NCBI RefSeq assembly: GCF_000143415.4 | Contig: NW_003314267.1 | Location: forward strand, 1,952,185-2,016,184 | Origin: Selaginella moellendorffii | Taxonomy: Eukaryota; Plantae; Lycopodiophyta | DNA length: 64,000 nt | Reading direction: 5' to 3' | In this document: piece by piece, positions 23,540 through 35,311 of the stretch | How the letters are laid out: each line of letters begins with the position of its first letter | How positions within the stretch are numbered: the first letter of the stretch is position 1 | Translations under genes and position numbers: made by a program | Notes under the pieces: generated by a model | Told to the model about the DNA's origin: nothing | The model's input: only the letters and a program-made list of their open reading frames with translations | Databases searched by the model: none

Positions 23540-24495
23540 ACAAAAGGACATTTGAAGTCAATTATAGTTTTCCATTTATTTGAATTGGTGGCATTTGATT
23601 TAATGGAGCCTTTTTTACAATCAATTGTTGGTAATAAATATGTCATTATTGCTTCTAATTACTTAATTTGCTAGGTGGAAGTTGGTGCTCTTGCTAATGC
23701 ATCTATAATTATTGTTGAATATTTCCTCCTCAATCAAATGGTGTTTTAACATTTCTATCTGGAATGAATTCTTTCAAACAATGGTTCCATATTTATAATT
23801 GAGGCATTTTATATTTTAACATTTTGGTTGGGGATATGTTAAAATTTCACAAGTGTTTATCATCCATAATCAAATGGTTTAGTAGAACAGCTTGTTTGGA
23901 CTATTAAAGATATGATCGTGAAGTATATGAATTTTCAATATTTGGATTGAGATGGTTATTTGTCATCTCTTTAGTATGTATATGTCACAAATGTGCAAAA
24001 TTCTATTGATGCTTCACTATATAAACTTTTATTGATACTACTAACGGAGTTGAGTTTACCTTCACAACTACTACGAGATGTTGATGTTAAGTTTTAAGAT
24101 TAATATTTAACAAGCACTTCCACTTATTCAAACAAAATCTTCCAAGCAACTAGGCCATGTATAAATGGGACAACAATGGCATTACAACTTTAATCATTAT
24201 CCATCTATGGAGTACAAAGTGGATGACTTGGCATTAATTTGTTTTCCCAACCTTATAGTATGTGGTTCTCCTTGCTTAATGAAAGGGACCATATCAAATG
24301 TTGCAGTAAGTTAGATCACAAGTTTATAAAGTTTGGCATAACGTCCAACAAGTAAATTCTCTAGAAATTATGCATGTGTAACAATTGAAACACTTCGTAC
24401 AAAGGGATTAAAAACAATTAACACCACCTATAAATCCATCAATGCCTCCTCTTGAAATTCTTCTAGATCCTAGCTTATCCATGAAAAAACCCTAA
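23540..24495 (+). mobile_element. Highly decayed gypsy integrase fragment, same family as 6200-7200 but opposite orientation
   Basis: Colinear similarity to the reverse complement of 6200-7180 (e.g. TATCATCCATAATCAAATGGTTTAGTAGAAC), with many C->T/G->A changes. Confidence 0.75.
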
Positions 24496-24650
24496 CTAAC
24501 TATCTTCCAGCATTCCAAGAAGAAAGGATGATATAAAGTCAAGTGTATAATTATAATGCTATATATTAATATTAACATAATAAGATTTTGATAACTGTCA
24601 AATTGATTACACTCACAATTAAGCAAACCATGGAACAATCGAGACCAACC

Positions 24651-26076
24651 ATGATTTGGAGCTTCCAACAGCATAGGGACAAGAAGCATCATTGCTTGGG
24701 CAGGCTCTTGAGAAATCCCAACCTCTAGATCTGCAACTACCAGATATGGAGTCCCGTGAGCTCTCTCCCTCCCAAAACTCTGGAAACGCTAGAGCTTCTC
24801 GTGGAAGCAGTGTGTGCGAATTGCTATCGCTGGGGTGGGACGAAAGTTGTGTACGTTTGTCCTCCACACAAAACGGCTATAGAGGCCACGGAGGTGGACG
24901 AGAAGAGCTTCCAGGATTCTACTCATGGTTTTGGAGCTGATATATGAGGCCAAGTTCTTGAGAAGATCGTTTGGATATAGGGCGGGAAGAGGTGCTCGTG
25001 AGTGCCTGCGATTCATCCACAGTAACTTTGGTGATGTCTCGTGGACTGTGAAAGGAGATCTCTCCAAGCTCTTCGATTATCCACAGGCCGAGCTCTTCAA
25101 CCGGGTTCTACGCAATGTGATCCAGGACGACAAAGTTGGCGAGCTGATCATCAAGGGGATGAAGACACGTGCTCCTCTGGTCGTGCCTCAGTTTAAGAGA
25201 TTGAATCCGACAAAAAGAAAGTTCCTGGAGTTTGAGCCGAGAAGGACTCCGTTGTGGCTGGAGGTGGTTCTGGGATTTGCTCCGGCAGAGGCTCAAAGAA
25301 CTCCCGACTGGGGATGCAACAAGCTCGGTCCGTTTCTGGCCAACGTTTATCTAAGCGAGCTCGACTCCTGGAAGGAAAAGCAGGCCGAGCTGTTCCGTCG
25401 GCCTCACGATCCGTCCGTCGGTTTAAACTTTAGCACCGACGAGCAGGAGAAGCCAAACAATGCTAGGAAAATGGAGTACGTCCGCTTTGGAGCTCACTTC
25501 CTTATCTCGGTCAGAGGCATAAGAGACGACGTTTTGAGCTTCGAGGAGAAGTGTAGAGTCTTCTGCAAGCAAAAGTATCATCGCGAGCCGGATTTTGGAG
25601 CACCTGAGGCGATCTCAACGCCGACGCTGTTCCTCGGCCACCATTTTTTCCAGACCAAGAAGTTGAAAACGAAATGGGAGCCGTCCTCAAACAAGAGAGG
25701 AACGGTTTCGAAAGTGGAGAAGATCGTCTTCTGCGTGGACGGCGCTGCGGAGCACGCCGTCCAGAGCTTGAAGCGAGTAGGCGTTCTCGACGACAAAGAC
25801 AACACGTTTCCATGCATGCGGCTCTTTCACGAGGACCAGGTTCACAACAATGCTCGTCAACAAGATCTTGCGAGCGCTGGCCGACTTGTACCAGCACTCG
25901 ACAAACCGAGCGGAGATGTGCGAGCTACTTGTTTCGATTGTCGCTGGCGAAGATGTATGCTGCGAAGCACAAGCTCCGGACGCAGATCCAGGTGGCCAAG
26001 TCCGCGTCCTTGGATCTTTGCAAGCCACTCAAGGATCCTCAAAAGGCCGGAGGAGAACCACAGACGGAGGCGGTGC
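24651..26076 (+). pseudogene. nMAT1/2-like maturase copy B (pseudogene)
   Basis: Near-identical to 1-976 where they overlap. Upstream LIYEAKF..SFGYRAGRGA...WTVKGD; stop near 24726; frameshifts near 24915, 25855 and 25926; 3' end removed by the inversion. Confidence 0.85.
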
Positions 26077-27093
26077 GCATACCAGAAATTAATTAAATCC
26101 CATATTTCCTCCATAATTTACATAGTAATCTTTGTCAACACTGGACGACAAAAGAGCTCTCCAAGAAAGAATCGCTCGCTCCCTGGAGGAACGTAAGCTC
26201 GTCTTGCAGATGCTTAAGAGCAGTAGCATGTTGGTCAGGAGGACAATCGCTGCAAGTTCCCAGCAGATATCCAAAATCAAAACCGCTGCCCCGCTTCGAA
26301 AAATCGGAACCAGCACTGACAAATCTCCCCTGAGAAGCCTGCTTTGCACACACGGAAGCCACTTCCAGGAGCACATGTGAATCAACCCCGTCTTTGAGCT
26401 TCACAACCATGAAGACTTTGGGGCCGTCTCCCACTTGAGAGGCATCGTTGGTCTCCCAGTCGAGCACGAAGTAGTCGTCGCATATTTGCCTGCCCATCTC
26501 CACAACTTTGAGATGCTCGGGATGTGGCAAGTAGTGCGCAAGAGCTTCTTTCCCGGAGAACCTGGCGTAGAGGGCGTGAGTAAATGAAAACGTACCGCTG
26601 ATCTCCGCAATCCTGGCAGCTCTGAAGTAGAGAATGCCATCCAGGCTCTTGAGACTGTTGAGCGCGTGTAGCAATTCTTCTTCTTGAGAATTTGATAACT
26701 CCTTCTTCAGCCTTAGGAGGACCAAGTGCTCCACAAAAGCCATAGCTGCGGTTGTGGAAAAGGAAAAACTTTGTTTCTGAGAATGGATAAAAAAAAACAA
26801 GGCACTTACCAGCGACATGAAGCTTCCGCGAGTAGACAAACTTAGTCAATTCATCATCTACCGTTCTTCGTCATATCTCTGAAAGTTTCAAAGAGTCACG
26901 TCTTGGATGAGAAACATCCGCGCAAGTTCTAGTCATCGACCAGCTAGTTCCAAGTTCCTTGGCCAGCACAACTAGTCCATCCTGGAGTCCCTCTGGACGG
27001 AGCAGCCTGGCTACACTTCTCAGAGTTTTCTCTTGTAGCGGCTTCCAGTCGTGAGCTATGGCTTCTGGAACGCTGTAAACAAGCGCCAGTCCG
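26077..27093 (-). other. Inverted segment equivalent to 977-2101 (maturase 3' end plus Dabb gene)
   Basis: Both flanks match copy A in direct orientation, while the interior matches its reverse complement. Confidence 0.9.
26135..26743 (-). CDS. Dabb domain protein, copy B (intact 609-nt ORF)
   Basis: Same length as copy A, with a few substitutions. Confidence 0.8.
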   Translation of the reverse strand: MAFVEHLVLLRLKKELSNSQEEELLHALNSLKSLDGILYFRAARIAEISGTFSFTHALYARFSGKEALAHYLPHPEHLKVVEMGRQICDDYFVLDWETNDASQVGDGPKVFMVVKLKDGVDSHVLLEVASVCAKQASQGRFVSAGSDFSKRGSGFDFGYLLGTCSDCPPDQHATALKHLQDELTFLQGASDSFLESSFVVQC

Positions 27094-27125
27094 CATTTTC
27101 GAAATTAGAAAAACAGAAAACTAAA

Positions 27126-27176
27126 TGGTATCAGAGGGAGGTTTCGATCCTCCGACCTGTGCTGCGCCACTCTGAT
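27126..27176 (-). pseudogene. tRNA-iMet pseudogene lacking the D-loop 3' half and anticodon arm
   Basis: Reverse complement ATCAGAGTGGCGCAGC|ACAGGTCGGAGGATCGAAACCTCCCTCTGATACCA: initiator-type acceptor stem and GATCGAAA T-loop, with an internal deletion. Confidence 0.85.
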
Positions 27177-27275
27177 TCCTTGATTTAAATATTTAAGAGT
27201 CTAAAACAGGGTTTAATATTAAATAGTTTAATACATTTTGAATTAAAACAATATTTTTAAAGCTGTTGAATTTGC

Positions 27276-29198
27276 ATGAAAACTTTACTTTGCTCTTTGG
27301 CTGCCACGAATGAAGCAGGGCTTTACAGTGCAAGCTTTGAGAATGAGAAGCATCGCGTTGCAGAGCTCGTAAGAAACACTAGAGATGTAGCCACTGCAAG
27401 TCGAGTTCACTGGAGCATACACAAGAGCAGGCTCTCCAAAAACAAGTATATCTCCAACCTGCTCGTCCAAATGTATGGCAAACTTGGCAGCCTTGGCGAA
27501 GCACTTCAAGTGTTCGATTCAATCGCACAACCCAATCTTTTCTCCTGGAGCATTGTTGTGGTGGCATTTGTCCAGAATGGCGAATTGGAGAAATCATGGA
27601 CGCTTCTCGAAAAAATGCCCGAGACCAACGTAATTGCTGTCACAGCCATTTTGACAGCTTATGCTAAGCAGGGAAACTTACACGAGGCCAAGGTGATATT
27701 TGACAATGCCCCGGAGAGGAATCTAGTCACTTGGAATACTATGCTCCAGGCATATTCGCGGACAGGGCATCTGAAAGAATGTAGAAAGATCTTCCAGGAC
27801 ATGCCAGCCAGAGATTCCGTGTCATGGAATATGCTAATCACAGCCGCTGTAAACAACGGCAGTGTGGAATATGCGCGGGAATGTTTTCAACTGGCTCCCG
27901 ACAGAGACGTGGTACTCTGGACAACCTTGCTGGCGGCATATGCCGAGATAGGGAATCTGGAAGAAGCAAAGGGGTTGTTCGACCGGATGCCGTCCACGGA
28001 TGTGGTGACGTGGACGGCCATGATCATCGCCTACGCTCATAGCGGCCACCTTGAGGGGGCTAGAGCCGTGTTTGATAGAATGCCTGAAAGAAATGTCGTG
28101 TCCTGGACGAGCATGGTGGCGATTCTCGGCAAAACTGGCATGGTGGGCGATGCTAAAATCATCTTTGATTCCATGCCCGAGCAAAATGAGGTTTCGATCA
28201 CGGCGATGATCGCTGCATACGCGAAACATGGCCAAGTAGAAGCCGGAATGGCACTGATAGATCGAATTCCAACCTTAAACACAGAGATTTGTACGACGAT
28301 GATCCAAGCTCATGCCCAAGTCGGAGATTTAGACCGTGCAAAGAGAATGTTTGATTCGATGAGGGATCACGACGTAATCGCGTATAACACAATGATCAGT
28401 GCATATGTCGATTCTTTCAAAGTAGAGCACGCAAAGTGTTTGTTCGACAAGATGCCTGTGCAGAATCTTGTGACATGGAATGCTATGCTTGCGGCATATG
28501 CCTTGAATGGGCATCTTGATCAAGCAAAAGAGTTGCTGCTTTCAATGCCGGACAAAGATGTGGTGACATGGACAACGGTGATCATAGCATACGTGGCTGC
28601 TGGAGACCTGGACACGTCACAGATATTGTTTGACAACATGGTCGAGCGGACGTCGGTGTCTTGGGCTGTTATTCTTGCAGCATATGCCCAGAGTGGGCAT
28701 CTTTGCAAAGCAAGAGGAATCTTCGACGGGGTACCCTGTTTAAATGCTGTGATATGGACGTCAATGGTGGCAGCGCATGCGCACTTTGGACTTGGGAGCC
28801 AAGCCGTTGATCTCTTCCAACGCTTGAACCTTGAAGGGCTGGATTCCTGCCAAGTGTTGCTCACTCACATTTTGAACGCTTGCAGCCACTTGGGTCTTGT
28901 TGAGGAAGGCCGGAAATTCTTTAGATTTATGGTTTCTGAGCGAGAACTATCTCCAACCAAGGAGCACTTTCGAGCGATGGTGGATATCCTGGGAAGAGCC
29001 GGGCAGCTCAAAGGTGCCGAGGAGATTATTGTCAACATGCCCTTTGTTCCTGACGTTGGTGACTGGGAATCGTTGTTGGGCTCTTGCAAGATGCATAGAG
29101 AAGTTGTCTTGGCAGCTCGAGCAGCAGAGATGGTGTCTCGGTTGGATCGGAAAAACACTACTAGTTACCTGTTAATGTCAAACTTAGTTACCTGCTAA
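27276..29198 (+). CDS. PLS-class pentatricopeptide repeat protein with E domain (no DYW), likely an organellar RNA-editing factor
   Basis: Many ~31-aa repeats (VVSWTxMxxAYAxxGxLxxAxxxFDxMP); C-terminal MVDILGRAGQL...MPFVPD...W.SLLGSC...YLLMSN. Confidence 0.92.
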   Translation: MKTLLCSLAATNEAGLYSASFENEKHRVAELVRNTRDVATASRVHWSIHKSRLSKNKYISNLLVQMYGKLGSLGEALQVFDSIAQPNLFSWSIVVVAFVQNGELEKSWTLLEKMPETNVIAVTAILTAYAKQGNLHEAKVIFDNAPERNLVTWNTMLQAYSRTGHLKECRKIFQDMPARDSVSWNMLITAAVNNGSVEYARECFQLAPDRDVVLWTTLLAAYAEIGNLEEAKGLFDRMPSTDVVTWTAMIIAYAHSGHLEGARAVFDRMPERNVVSWTSMVAILGKTGMVGDAKIIFDSMPEQNEVSITAMIAAYAKHGQVEAGMALIDRIPTLNTEICTTMIQAHAQVGDLDRAKRMFDSMRDHDVIAYNTMISAYVDSFKVEHAKCLFDKMPVQNLVTWNAMLAAYALNGHLDQAKELLLSMPDKDVVTWTTVIIAYVAAGDLDTSQILFDNMVERTSVSWAVILAAYAQSGHLCKARGIFDGVPCLNAVIWTSMVAAHAHFGLGSQAVDLFQRLNLEGLDSCQVLLTHILNACSHLGLVEEGRKFFRFMVSERELSPTKEHFRAMVDILGRAGQLKGAEEIIVNMPFVPDVGDWESLLGSCKMHREVVLAARAAEMVSRLDRKNTTSYLLMSNLVTC

Positions 29199-29295
29199 TG
29201 TTAAACTTGCCAAATGCTCAAAGAACTTACGTTGTTTTGAGCGTTTGTTCAAACCCGTTAATCGATAGTAAGTGTCGGTAAGTAGTATGTGTCGT

Positions 29296-30529
29296 TTAAA
29301 CGTTGGAACTCTCTGGTGGTAATGGAGGATTATCCTCCAAGACTTTGTTGCGTGGGGATGATGGTTGCTGAGTTAGCTGCGAGTAAGTTCCCTGAGCTGT
29401 ACGAGTACGAGTTAAGATCGGTCATGTTGGAAGGCAGGAGAGAACTTACAATCGGGAGCTCCAAAAACAGATGGAAAATGTTGCCCATAGCACAATGTAG
29501 CACTTGTCATTCCTGTTGTCAAAGAAAAAAAACTATTCAATGATCGTAACTTGTGTAAGCCAAGGTACCTATCAAAGCGGCAACGCACACGTCCTCCCAG
29601 TGGTGTTTGTAGTCTTCCAGGCGAGAAATGGAAACGTAGGCTGCGACGGCAAGCGGCGCAAATGGAATTAAAAACTTCCACATTTGTCCTTCTCGACGGT
29701 GATCAAACAGCTGAAGCTTTCCAGCAAAATAGAGAGACAGGTAGCCCAGTCCTGCGAAACACCCTGCCAGAGAAGTCAAATAAACTAGAATATACACAAT
29801 AAAGAAGTCGCTTACACGAGGCATGGCCACTTGGAAAGCTTTTGTGTCCATCTCTGATCACAGCCTCGTCACCAGTGCAGAGAACTTCGCCAATTGCTGT
29901 ATAGATCTGAATCGAGAAAACAATCACAAAGGTGTCATTGGAAAAGAAACTGCTACATACCTCGACTCCATCCGGAAAGCATCGCCAGAAGAAATCCGGT
30001 CGAGGCCGACCAACAGACACCTTGATCGCATTTGTCACAACACCAGCAATAGCGAGTGAGAAAGCCAGCCCTGGATCGTAGCATTGAGAAAACAAGTGTA
30101 AGAAGAGAGAGAAGAAAAACCAAGAAAAACTTACCCAGTAGAGCATGGTGAAGATCGCGAGGATCTCTTTTGTAAGCGTGGAAACATAGAAAAATGAGAG
30201 CAGGAACTGCCAGGGAGATCACCTGATCAAAAGAGACTACCAAAACTTCCATCACTACACCAAAGCGTTCGCAAGAGAAAAAAGTGCTTTACCGGAACGT
30301 AAACAAAGGAAACCGTGCTGGATTTCATGGGATATCGCAGATCGTCCAGCATGTACTTCCCCACAAATCTCTGGAAAGGATGGAGGACATGGAGCCCATA
30401 GAATGCCCCGCCAAGGAACACGACCACAATCCAGTCGAGAATGTGGCGCCTTGCAAGCTCCAAGAACGATGCTCTGCAAGAAATCCTCGGACTAGGAGTG
30501 TCCAAGAGCGGCATCTCTAGCCTCTGCAT
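29296..30529 (-). CDS. LPP: Lipid phosphate phosphatase (PAP2 family), multi-exon
   Basis: [29 protein letters not shown]; short GT-AG introns. Ends approximate. Confidence 0.9.
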
Positions 30530-30651
30530 TTGCCCCGAACTGCAAGAAATTGCTGGAAATTCCAGGGACAATAGCTTCTCTCCCGAAGAACCCTAAATTG
30601 GAAGTCATCGACGGCCAAGTTACACGCTGGCACCAGTCAGCCTCGTCAGCT

Positions 30652-31116
30652 ATGGCGATTAGGGTTTTAACGTCTCTCCTGCGCCATCGCTCGTCCGCCG
30701 CCGCCCTGGTAAGCTTCTCTCCGCAACATCTCGCCAAAATCTCTCCCGGAATCGCACGGCGCCGCCATTTTGTTGCGCTGCGCGGATCATCATCGATCGA
30801 GAGGGAACCTGGATCATTCTCGCGCTCCAGGTACTTCTACTCGACATTGAGCGAGAAGAATCACAACAAGGAGCTGGATGATATCAATTCCAAGTTCGCC
30901 GAGGCCAGGGAAGAGATTGAGCTGGCCTCGGAGTCGAAAGAGACGGTGTATTTCAACGAGGAGGCCGAGACCGCTAGAGTGGCGGTGCAGGCGGTGCTTG
31001 ACAAGTACCAAGCGCTCCTCGCCAAATTGAGCCCGGAAGAAAAAGGTGGCGTCCAGAGAGCCATGGGGATGAAGATGGAGCAGCTCAAGGCCGAGCTTGC
31101 CCAGCTCAAGGAGTGA
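30652..31116 (+). CDS. Conserved organelle-targeted coiled-coil protein (At1g71730/embryogenesis-like family)
   Basis: Arg/Ser-rich presequence, then KFAEAREEIE.A.ESKETVYFNEEA...QRAMGMKMEQLKAEL. Confidence 0.75.
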   Translation: MAIRVLTSLLRHRSSAAALVSFSPQHLAKISPGIARRRHFVALRGSSSIEREPGSFSRSRYFYSTLSEKNHNKELDDINSKFAEAREEIELASESKETVYFNEEAETARVAVQAVLDKYQALLAKLSPEEKGGVQRAMGMKMEQLKAELAQLKE

Positions 31117-31235
31117 GACCCAAACAAAACAACAAGACAAGAGATTGCTGAGTACTCCGTTTCTTCTTTTTTTTGCATGGCTTTGTGCCTTCTGTCTCAA
31201 TCTACTCAAAGGATAACAGTGGCTGTGGGATTAGA

Positions 31236-31710
31236 TATTCATTCATTCGGATACTGTTTACTATGCCTGGCATGAGGTGCACCAGTAAGTGTTTATGGAG
31301 TAGTAAAATATTCATTCATTTTCGTATACGGTTTACAAAGTCTTGCCCAAATATTTAAAAACATCTATTTATCTATGTGCACTAGTACGTGTTCTGAGAA
31401 TTAAATATTCATTCATTCATATACTGTTTACAAAGTCTTGCCCAAATAAGTGTTGCATTGAATCTGTTTATCTATGTGCACTAGTAGTAAGTGTTTTGAA
31501 GTGGCTGTCGAATTAGATATCCATTCATTCATATACTGTTTACAAAGTCTTGCCCAACTTGGGGTGTCTTGCACAAACTTTAAAAACATCTATCTATCTA
31601 TTTGTTTATCTTGTAATGCGTCTACCTCTATAAAGCATGAGACCGAAATATTTCGAAATGCTGCACTTCTATAAAGTATGAGACCGAAATATTTAGAAAT
31701 GCTGCACCAA
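31236..31710. repeat. Diverged local tandem duplications
   Basis: ATATTCATTCATT...TACTGTTTACAAAGTCTTGCCCAA recurs 3-4 times; a ~40-bp direct duplication at 31629-31706. Confidence 0.7.
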
Positions 31711-32180
31711 TAAGTGTTGCACCTTTGCTCGCCCCAATGGCATCTGCATCTTGAGCCACGTCTTCAGAGACTAAAGCGTCCATTGCCTGGTTGCCATTGT
31801 CAATCCTGGTCTCCAGTGCTCCTCACCTCATCTCCTTGGTCCGTGTTGCCCTTCCTCGGCGCCACCTGATATAAGCAAATCAGCTCTTTTATCTTACGCA
31901 TACAAACAAGTTCGATTATAAATTGAGCTCCTTTTCACAGTCAGGTGGGAGGCCTTGCTTGACAGTGACGTGGCATGGCTTTGACTGCTACTTGGGTGGC
32001 TGGGATTTTGAGCCCGAATATCCCGTGAGTATGCCCATTTTGTTTATAAACAGGCTTTTGTGTCAAATGGTACCTCGACTGCTTCCTTGATTGGTATGTT
32101 TTGGCGGCTTCGCTGCTTTCTTGGGCTTGATGAATTCCCTGTGGTTTTTCTCTTTCCAGGCCTCTTGATCCATCGAAGCG

Positions 32181-33060
32181 ATGAAGGCCTGGTACATGGA
32201 CAGCTCTTGCGAGGATCAGAGGCTTCCTCACCATCTGGATCCTCCGCAATATGTGAGCGAGGAGCATCTCTCAGGTATGGCGGCAGAAATTCTTCTCCTC
32301 TTTTCTTGGTTGTGGTGATTGATCCGAAGGTCCTGCAGAATTGGGGGTTTTGCATTGGGTGATGAATGCCGACGAGTACGAGACGGATCCCCAGCTCAAG
32401 AAGCTCCGCGAGGAGCGTGGCTACGATTACGAAGTAGACATATTTTGCTATCTTTTCTTTTCTCTCTAAGTTCTATAATCTCTCTCCACGCGCAGGATTT
32501 CATCACTGTCAGCCCCGACAAGCTGCCGAATTACGAGCACAAAATCAAGACCTTCTACGAGGAGCACATCCACACTGACGAAGAAATTCGCTACTGTCTG
32601 GACGGAAGTGGTACTAGAATCGCGATTTCTCTTGAGAGCTTTACTTCTTTCATTCTTTCTTGTGGCAGGCTACTTTGATGTGCGAGACTCCGATGATCGC
32701 TGGATCCGGATCTGGGTCGAAAAGGGCGACATGATCGTCTTGCCTGCCGGTAGTTACCATCGCTTCACAAACGACGAGACAAACTACATCAAGGTTTTCT
32801 TTGATCTTCTTTTCACTTCCATTTGCTCAAAGTTTTTTTACTTGGTAGGCGATGAGGCTTTTCGTTGGAGCTCCCATTTGGACACCTTATAACCGACCTC
32901 AAGATGATCATCCCATCAGGTAGAATCTCTCTCTCTCTCTCTCTCTCTCTTTTCTTTTGTTCTTCCAGAGCTTCACTCTTCTCAAATCTACACTTTCAGG
33001 CAGCAATACGTCTCTGAAATTCGCAGGAAATCGTCAGGAGCAGGAATAGAGGCGCACTAG
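32181..33060 (+). CDS. ARD: Acireductone dioxygenase, multi-exon
   Basis: MKAWYMD...[42 protein letters not shown]. Confidence 0.93.
32925..32950. repeat. (CT)n microsatellite in an ARD intron
   Basis: Seen directly. Confidence 0.9.
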
Positions 33061-33161
33061 AAACCAGATTTGTTTGAGAGTTTAGAAGCACTTCACTCGC
33101 ATGAGATAGCTAGCTAGCTATTCACAGTCCTGTCTAGCAAAATTTGTATCAAGTTACCTGG

Positions 33162-35063
33162 TTACCACTGACCGAGCGCTTGGCCCATTTTGATCCTCTG
33201 GCCCTTCTCGACTGTGAAGTTAAAGCCCTGGTAAGGATTGTCGAGGACCTTGAAAAGATCTTCCACTTCCCCTGGAGCCTCAAACACCATCACCACAGTT
33301 GATCCAAGGTTGAACGTGGCTACCTGAAACATAAAGAGGCTCTCAAGAGGATCTCCACAAAAATAATGACTTGCCTCGTCACCCTTTCTTATGCAGTAGC
33401 CACAGTTTTCTTTGATTGACGACTCTGCCTTGGTCGTGTTTGTCTTCAAATCTGGCTCGAACTTTAGCTGTTGTCAAGCAAAAGATTTAGTCAAGAGAAG
33501 CTATATAGAACTTGATACACACGAATCATATCTTACCTCAATCGAGCCACAGTTCGTTGCTCCGACTAAAGCCATGGACATGAGTCCCTCCTGCCATTCC
33601 CCTTCCAGCACAATCTGGACGAAAGAGACGTGATCAGACTCATATCTGCTGCACAGTACTGCAACTTACTCGCTCATTGACAACATAGAGATTCTTAATT
33701 GTCCTGGCGGCACGCGCATTGACAGGATACAGATCTCCTGGACAATTGGAAATGGAGAAAAGCACTTTAAAATGCACCCAGCTTGAAAGGCATTCAAACT
33801 TGTACCTGAGAAGTGACGCCGATTCTCTATGCACCAGTTGGAAGGAGAATGCACGCGGTGATAATCTCCAGGGCCCAGATACAAAACGCAATAGAAAAGT
33901 GCGCGAGGGGGCCTGGAAAGATAAAGGCATCCAAACATCACACAAAAAACGAAGGTACCTTACCTTACCTCACTTCCTTGGGCCGCTTGTCAGTGCCTGG
34001 TGAGCGCCAGAATGTAAATATACTTCGGGACGATTTCTTTTCTTCTGGTGCCGCTGCAGTCTTTATCGGATTCGGTTCAAAGCCAAGGAGAGCAGACAGC
34101 GAGTACGTAAATCCTTTCACTTGCTCTACCTTCGCTCCCGGTTGCGCAACACGGCCATACCTCGTGACTATGCCATCCACAGGGCTCAGCTGTGCATTAT
34201 GAGAATTCAGCTATCAGCAGGAAAACAATAAGACAAGATAGACTTACCATACAGTTTTCTCGAGTGTCGATCGGCCGTGCTCCTGCTTTCAGTCCTCTGG
34301 CAAAAAACTCGCGAAGCGAGGAGTACTCCTCCAGAGACAGAGGTACCTCGTCCAGGTCTGAACAACACATTTAAGTTAAGTTTTTCGCAAGTCTTGTACA
34401 TATACCTGTGTGAAACGCTCGAGCCCAGCCCTTGTACACATAAGGTCGTGACCACGTAGGCAAGTTCTAAGAGAAGAAAAAAATAAGAAACATAAACAAT
34501 GCATGAAACCTGACTCACAATAGACGAGATCGATCCCCAGACACGAGAGATGAAGCGCAGTGGCAACAGTCGTAGAAACGAGGCCTGGAAAACAAGAAAG
34601 AAAATGTAGGAACCTTAGACCTTTCCAAAAACCCGGAAACTCTTCTAGTGTACCTTGGTGTCTGGGGAAAACTCTGGCTCGATTCCCTTTTGTATCGCAA
34701 GCTCCATCTAGAAACAAAGTAAACCATCCATCAGCATTGTCACATCACAGGCTACCATCGAAAAAAATCCACCTGTTTCTCCTCGTAAATTCTCTTTCCT
34801 TGCAGCACTGCGACCATCGCCAGTGTCGCGACTGTAGCGCCGGGAAGAAAAGACCTAGCTGCGCCATGCAAGAAAGAAGCATTCGGATGCGGAATAGGAT
34901 CGATCGAGCTCTCACCTTTGCCCGCTGCTGATCCCGCTGGCTGCCGCTCCCGCACCACAGATTCTTCCTCGGCGGCCGCGGCAGCGGTGGCGCCGGATGC
35001 CGAAGAGCTGAATCGCGCGCGCGATCGCGCCCTCCATCGCAATATTTTGGAGAGGAGCGCCAT
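33162..35063 (-). CDS. PSD1: Mitochondrial phosphatidylserine decarboxylase proenzyme, multi-exon
   Basis: [51 protein letters not shown] (LGST self-cleavage motif). Confidence 0.92.
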
Positions 35064-35311
35064 GCAAGAAGAGCTTGCCCTACTCAGCTTCTACTAAAAT
35101 TCCTTATATATTCTCTAGAAAATCTTTGGTTGGAGATTTCGTGGAGCTCAAGATACGTCCAGAAAGAACCCCAAGTAAACTCGATCGAGAGCTCCCAAAA
35201 CTTTTTTACCGATCGATCGATCTTGCTAGAGTGGAGATTTTCACAGCAAAAAAACTATGGGATTTCAAGCTCGATTCCTTGTAGGGGGTTTAGGGTTTAA
35301 AGCTTGGTGTG

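Noticed and set aside
27126-27136. TGGTATCAGAG as the PBS of an LTR element
   Set aside because: It continues into the T-arm and 5' acceptor strand of the tRNA itself; no LTR or gag is adjacent.
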